NCBI GenBank assembly: GCA_009103225.1 | Contig: RHPI01001116.1 | Span: 482,463 to 514,156, forward strand | Direction of reading: 5' to 3' | DNA length: 31,694 bases | From: Chlorokybus atmophyticus | Taxonomy: Eukaryota > Plantae > Mesostigma and Chlorokybus algae | In this document: positions 25,925 to 31,694 of the stretch, piece by piece | Layout: each line of letters opens with the position of its first letter | Numbering within the stretch: position 1 is the first letter of the stretch | Program-made: the position numbers and the translations under genes | Notes under the pieces: model-generated | The model's input: only the letters and a program-made list of their open reading frames with translations | Told to the model about the DNA's origin: nothing | Database searches by the model: none

Positions 25925-26362
25925 CGCTCACAACACCCGCGTGAGTGACGCTGGTGCGCCTGTAATGGAACTGAACAGTCCATGTCATGACATGACCTTG
26001 CCCATTCATAGGGTTGCCAATTGGATGTTACAGAACGCACGCGGGAAAAAGCAGCACGGTAAGCCGCCGGCATGATGATGCCGATAAGTTATGCCGTTCC
26101 GTACCATGCAGCAGCTTAGTTTGCAGTCTAACCTCGTTATGTGCATACCATCGGGTCAACAACACCCGAGTGAGTGACGCTGGTGCGCCTGTCATGGGTC
26201 TGACAGTCCATTATCATGAAAAATGAACTTGCCATTCATGCCAATTGGATGTTACGCAACGCGGAAAAAAGCAGCACGGTATGCCGCTGGCATGATGATG
26301 CTGTTCGGTACTATGCGGCAGCTTAGTTTGCAATCTAACCTCGTCGGCGCATACCATCGGGC
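25921..26362. repeat. Tandem duplication (~227 and ~206 bp) of the nucleosidase 5' flank
   Basis: Two diverged copies of CAACACCCG.GTGAGTGACGCTGGTGCGCCTGT...GCATACCATCGG; CCATCG occurs at 25921, 26148 and 26354. Confidence 0.88.
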
Positions 26363-27050
26363 TTGAATATGCGCATATCGAGTTCATGCGCACGCGTCGA
26401 GTGCGTAACTTGTCGATTCTCCTTAAGTGCATGAGATATGCGCAATTGGCGCTAATTTTACGTGCATAGATCTTGCACTAAGGAGTAGCTCTAACCTTCA
26501 CCTTAACCTTTTGGTGAGTGGTAGCAATAGTATAAACGTACATGCTCGTCAAGCTTAATCTGCCAATATAACAACGGTTGATGTATCTAATCATGTGCGG
26601 AGACACGCAAGAGTTCAAGCACCTTGCAAAGTGCATTGATGAATTTTTAACAAGATGCATGCGGCGCACCTTCTTTTATTCAATTAAAAAGTTCATGTGC
26701 TAAAGGCAACGGTGTCGTAGCATAAGTGATTATGAGACATATATACTCTGCTACTATTGCTTGTACGTGCGCATGCTGTCCTTGTATTCATGCCATAGAA
26801 AGCGGATGCACACAACACAATATGGCTCTTTTTATGTCTCTAATGACTTATACTGTCATGTAGTCATGGCCAAGGTGCAAAGTTGCATACAAGGTGTCAC
26901 CTCTAAGAACAGCGATACTAGGTACATTTATGCACTTAGCGCGGATATGCACTATTAATATTGGATTGTGCTGTAGAATAGTCCTAAGAACAATCATGTG
27001 GCATCCGGCCACCCACTTCACGCATGTCACTCGCATGCCCTGTTAGATAA

Positions 27051-27378
27051 CAGGGCCGCCGCCAGCCGTGGTACGTTGGCGCCCGGTCGCCGCAGCGGCA
27101 CTTTTGCGTACCAGTGCTGCTTTAGTGCACTAACCACGGCTGGCGGCGGTGTACCGGAGAATCTAGGCTGCCGGCTAACTGACAGTGGCTTAATTCGGTC
27201 AGTTAGCCGTAGTTAGGCCGCACATGTTGCTCTGGTATGAAGGTCGGTTACTTGGCCGCGGTCAAGTCGCACCTTTTGCTCCTTGGCTCCATCAAGTAAC
27301 CGGCTACCGCGGTACCGACCGCGGTAGCCGCGGTTGGTGCCGCGGTTCAGCTCGGTCGCTACTGCGATCGACCGAGTT
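27051..27378. other. GC-rich cassette of five stem-loops (candidate structured RNA or transposon end)
   Basis: Stems: 27056-72/27133-49 (17 bp), 27172-83/27198-209 (12 bp), 27245-54/27293-302 (10 bp), 27301-13/27318-30 (13 bp) and 27351-58/27369-76 (8 bp). CCGCGG occurs five times. Confidence 0.8.
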
Positions 27379-27677
27379 TCAACAATAATTTGTATTAGGG
27401 TTATCTAGCCTGACTGTATATGTTTTTATCTTGCGGACATGGTTGCATGAATTGTGTAGTATCGCAGATGGCAAGGGCAAGTGACGCCAGTTAAGTAAGT
27501 ATAAGGCAGTCAACTCCTAATCGGTTAAACTCAATTTACCCCCCTCCCCATGAAAAAGCGCACCATTCAGTGCATTTGCGGGGACTCGGACGGCTCGAAC
27601 CCAGGCGCGCAGCATCGTCACCAGCCGCCTTGCCTGGTTCGGTTTTCGGGGGACCATGGGACAATTACGTACTGTTA

Positions 27678-27788
27678 GGACCAGCCTGGTCCCCGCGTGC
27701 AGACCAAGGCGGGGGGGGACCCTGGTCCGGACCTTAAGCCGCCCGGGCAACTTGGCCCTGGTCCGTACGCGCGGACCAGGGCTGGTCC
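27678..27788. mobile_element. 111-bp MITE-like element built from GGACCAG/CTGGTCC motifs
   Basis: Left arm GGACCAGC-CTGGTCCCCGCGTGC versus right arm (reverse complement) GGACCAGCCCTGGTCCGCGCGTAC, 21/24. Internal 10-bp hairpin at 27756-27781. No TSD seen. Confidence 0.5.
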
Positions 27789-28361
27789 GCGGGAAAGTAT
27801 GTATTATCAGATAACATCGCAACACTTCTTGCAATGCAAGTCTTACGTGTATACGGTATGAGAGATGTGAAAAATGGTCTTGATATGAGCCACATGCAAG
27901 AATAGCCACACAACTTGCACTCAATCTGGTAGCAAATGTGCTCAAGCAGAAAGGGGCCAAATGTGTTGCACACCAGTGCACGCATGCATAGTACAAGTGA
28001 GAAGCAAACAACAAGCAGGCAGTGATAGACTAGGCGGTGGCCAAGGCAGAGCTTGTACAACTTAACTTTGACCGCATATACCTAGACAATAAGACCCTCA
28101 AGCAGGCAATAGGAGTGGCCAAGGCAGGGCAGCACAGCAAGAAGCAACCATCTGCGTAAAGCAGGGAGCCTCCCTGTTTGGTACATGTGGTTTGAGACCA
28201 CGTGTACCAATCGGCCAACCAATAAAGCACATATACTCTATAGTTTAACCAAGGGGAATAGCTTACACACACTCCCACCATAACCCTCTAAGCTATGTGC
28301 GTGCCGTAGTAGTGGATGGGATGAGGAAATGTACCGTACACTTCCTTTGTAACAGTGCAGC

Positions 28362-28882
28362 TGTAACGGGAAGGTACATTAAGTAACCACAACTCGATCA
28401 TAAAAGCACCAAGTGTTTTATGGTTGAATGGGCTGTAACATTGGTCATCGGAGCTTGAGACCCGAGTTCGATTCCTGCCTTGCACACACGAATTTCGTGG
28501 TCGTTGTTTCTCGATCTAATAATATTGTAAATGGTCACTTCATAAGTGGCATCATCGATGGGTCGCGACTTGCTTAATGGCGGTTGCACCGACGTTCAAT
28601 TGGCGCTGCAGGCAAAACCTGCCTGTCGCGATGCGATCGTTGAAACCGGCAGCGGTGCGCTATGCGCGCGTTAACCGGTATGGGCCTAAATTGGCCGGTC
28701 CTTGACCATGGGGCCGGTGCCTGACCCAACAAACCCCTGGGATAATTCCCCAGCTGAGCATACGCAGCTGTCGAGGACGTCAGCGTTCGAAAGTGGGGGG
28801 GAATGTAACGGGAAGGTACATTAATTAAATTACCACAAATCGACCATAAAAGCACCAAGTCTTTTATGGTCGAGTGGGCTGT
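28362..28882 (+). mobile_element. TRIM-like miniature LTR retroelement, 3' LTR truncated
   Basis: 5' LTR TG...CA at 28362-28598 (237 bp), then AT, then PBS-like TGGCGCTGCAGGCA (28601-14), a 205-bp non-coding interior and a G7AA polypurine tract. A second LTR starts TGTAACGGGAAGGTACATTAA at 28804 and is cut off at 28882. Confidence 0.72.
28413..28484 (+). promoter_or_regulatory. tRNA-derived Pol III A-box/B-box unit inside the LTR
   Basis: TGGTTGAATGG at 28421 (TGGTCGAGTGG in the second LTR) and GAGTTCGATTCC at 28464-75, at tRNA-like spacing. Cloverleaf stems are degenerate, so this is not called a tRNA gene. Confidence 0.6.
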
Positions 28883-28895
28883 GCCTCAAAAATCG

Positions 28896-28963
28896 TATGC
28901 TCTTGGAAGGGTTATGCTCTTGGCGACTAAGAGCATAAGATGCTCTTGAACGTTAAGAGCATA
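28896..28963. repeat. Array of five ATGCTCTT/AAGAGCAT half-sites
   Basis: Half-sites at 28896, 28913, 28929 (inverted), 28940 and 28955 (inverted); two inverted pairs each have a 7-nt spacer. Confidence 0.85.
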
Positions 28964-29004
28964 CATATGCTATAAGCGCAGATTCATTACGCCCATCACG
29001 CCTA

Positions 29005-29843
29005 TTGGTCGGGCCGGCCGGCCTGTCGGCATTCAACCTACATCACATCCCGCGCCATAGGGCCATCACACGGTACCCGGGCTGCGCGGCAGTATGTGCG
29101 GCCCGCCTGCTTCTCATTGGCTAGGCGGCGAGAACAAGCGTTACACCGTTAGATCTGTTCAAAAACGATCCTGGCCGTCCAAAGCACATCCAATTGTTAA
29201 AACGCATGCCAATAAATGTACAATTGAGCACAGTTCTGCATACGTGGCCGCTTATGGCTGCATGTTGATCATTTAAATGTGTTACAGTAATAATATTGAT
29301 AAATATGCTGCAATATGATGCAATATGGCTAGCAACCTGCAGTTAAGTGTTACAAAACTTAATCCAACGTAATGTTCACGCCACGGTACGTGCCAACATA
29401 TTCAGTACGTAATGCCAAGGTTACCATCATTAAAATAATGCTAACCTGAATTACCTTCATGTTAAGATTCAACTAAACGAAAAATCGCATCGTTAGGCCA
29501 CCATTTGGTCACGCATGAATTTGATCAAATGGGATCGCAACGGTGACAACAGCCGTTGCTGAAAAAGGCAACAAAGTGGCCAATCATTGCAAAGATGCTG
29601 AAAACAATCTCTGCAGCAACTGCTTACCAACGGCGACCAAAAGTCGCTAGGGATTCGGTGCAATTGCAGCACAGTCAGTGGTTAAAACGGCCGCGTTTTT
29701 GGCGGTACGAGGTCGGGGCAGGCCCCATACCCCAAAGACATGCCGCCACTACTCACCCTCGTTCTAACTGATCCACTCTACCATGTAACGCTAATTGATT
29801 ACACGCTATAGTTACTGCGTCATCAAACATGGTCAACAGCCGA
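29005..29843 (-). repeat. Dispersed non-coding repeat, copy B (inverted relative to 10056-11022)
   Basis: See copy A. Confidence 0.85.
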
Positions 29844-29990
29844 ATGAGCATCTGCATTTACATAATGTGTGTATGTTATGTAAGCATCTCATATATTTAT
29901 TATTTTCAATGATTCGACGTTATAAGCTTAGCATACATGTTGGCATGCTATGAATCGTAATCACCGGCATAGTTTATAGTCTAAACTACA

Positions 29991-31657
29991 TCACACCTCA
30001 AGCGTAAGGTTTACAACATTCATTTTCGTATCTGGCGCCCCCCTCAACCCCGCGACGTACTGCACTCGCTTCGGCATCTTCGTATGCCGACTCACCCCAG
30101 TATTCGTCGCCACCTAAGAGCAACAAGTGTCATGCTCACATCCACTTCAGTCACACTTACACAAGCACACACGCATACACATGAGGACATCCGTGATACA
30201 CACGCATGCTCACATACGCACAAGCGCGCGCACACACGCACACACACACGCACACACACACACATGCGCGCACAACAACAACAACAACAACAACAATAAC
30301 AACAGCAACAACAACAACAGCAACAGCAACAACAGCCACAGCCACACCTGCTTCGGCAGCCACGTCTGCGAGTCATTCTCCCGTCTGAAGTGGCTCTCGT
30401 GCGTCTGCTGCGACGTGGTCTTCTTGTGCGTGAGGTCGGTCAGTCGCAGCAGCCGCCGCCGTAGCGCCCACTCGCTGAACTCGTAGCTGGGGTCCACACG
30501 ACGCTCGGTTGGGTGGACCACGGTCTGCGCACCAAAGTCACACCTGAAGGAACAACGAGATGTGTTAACATGCACACACGCATGTGTGTATGCACGTGGC
30601 TGCGCTTGAACATGCCTTTGCACGTGTATACAGACACCCGTATCCACACCTACGCACAAACGCGCATTCGTAGGCACGTATTCGCGTGCGTGCGTACGTA
30701 CTTGTATCTGTGCGTGCACGTGTGCATGTGTGTGTAGGTGTGCACGCATGTGTGTTGTGTGTGTACGTAAGTGTCGTGTGCCCGCATATGCGCATGCGCG
30801 TATGTGTGCAAGTTCATGTGGGCATACATCAATGGCGTTGACGTGAGCGAAAGGCGTATGCGTGTGAGCGCAAGTTGAGGCGCGCAGTCATCAGTAATGC
30901 CGAGCAGCCGGAGGAGGGCCGGTAACTTGGTCAGGCGCTTGTGAAAGAGGGAAGAAGAGGGAGAGGGACCGATGGTCATGTTGGGGAGGTACAGCGCGGG
31001 AGTCTCGCAGAACAACGCCAGCGCACGCGCGTTACTCATGGCATAGTAATTCCCCTGAGACAACAAAAGCAGAGTCTGTCAACAACGACATCCCAGCTGT
31101 AACAACTTCATACACATCCCTACATATAGGCACTTCCTCCCACCTGGAACTTGGCCACTTCGACGCCAGAAGTGTCGCCCCTTATAGGTACGCCTCGCAC
31201 GGCGAGCGCGACAGGGCAGAAGCCTTCAAGCTCAAGGCGCGGCGGGTCCACATTGTTCACCTCCTCTTTGTTGTCACCCTCACCACTTGGTGCTGATACT
31301 GTTGTGCACACATCCGCCCAACTCACCCTCTCAACACCACTCTCTGGAATGGATGTTGGCAAGGAACCCAACAGCGTGAGCTTGCGCTCTTCTGCGCCTT
31401 TGGCGAAGGACTGAACCTCTTTCAAATCCTGTGTGTGGAGTAAACAACAACAAGAGGGTTACCCAAGATTGTTGAATTTGGTGCAATGTGTGTCTTTGTG
31501 TGTGTGTCCTCCTTACCTGTTTTGTGATGACGGTATTAAAGGGCAGTTTGTCTCCCTGCGGTAGAGTCTTGGCGGCAGCCACGCGCACGTCCAGAGCGGC
31601 CTTCTCCTCCACCATGGCCAGATGAAGCCTTGCCATAGCTTGAAAGATGGGAAACAC
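29991..31657 (-). CDS. CFAP206: Cilia- and flagella-associated protein 206 (3' five exons; gene continues beyond window)
   Basis: Exons 31657-31517, 31428-31144, 31054-30828, 30543-30348 and 30113-29991 are in phase. Recognised C-terminus: PLMCDFGAQT...DPSYEFSEWALRRR...HFRRENDSQTWLPK...YVAGLRG.PDTKMNVVNLTL. Confidence 0.9.
30230..30340. repeat. (CA)n plus (CAA/CAG)n microsatellite in the last CFAP206 intron
   Basis: Direct reading; it lies between donor 30347 and acceptor 30114. Confidence 0.9.
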
Positions 31658-31694
31658 CTAACAGACACAACAGGTGTTGCAACATAACAAAACC

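Noticed and set aside
27051-27762. hAT element bounded by CAGGGCC / GGCCCTG
   Set aside because: Only 7 bp match and there is no 8-bp TSD.
28413-28484. Functional tRNA gene
   Set aside because: Acceptor, T and anticodon stems do not pair properly; only the promoter boxes remain.

Overview
Eukaryotic, intron-containing DNA, most likely from a flagellated green-lineage organism (inference from a CFAP206 gene, a plant-type bark-storage/nucleosidase gene, and Chlamys-type Penelope and kangaroo/TOC-type DIRS elements). It reads in the standard genetic code. I assembled five multi-exon host genes by hand from GT/GC-AG sites and phase: (1) a small RanBP2-like zinc-finger protein, (2) an 8-exon membrane-anchored protein with four GLG1-like 4-Cys repeats and a collagen-like (GPH)n tail, (3) a 7-exon type I membrane protein, (4) a secreted PNP_UDP_1/BSP-like nucleosidase, and (5) the 3' part of CFAP206. 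Between them lie nested mobile elements. A 4.27-kb internally deleted DIRS has complete split direct repeats, an antisense intron-containing tyrosine recombinase and the same 9-bp core (CACACAGAG) at both ends and at its internal circle junction. A decayed Penelope-like element has an N-terminal GIY-YIG. A TRIM-like miniature LTR element has a tRNA-like A-box/B-box unit in its LTR. There are also several MITEs, a ~1-kb inverted repeat pair 18 kb apart, and an unexplained 330-bp GC-rich multi-hairpin cassette. Gene models and family calls come from motif recognition only; no searches were run.
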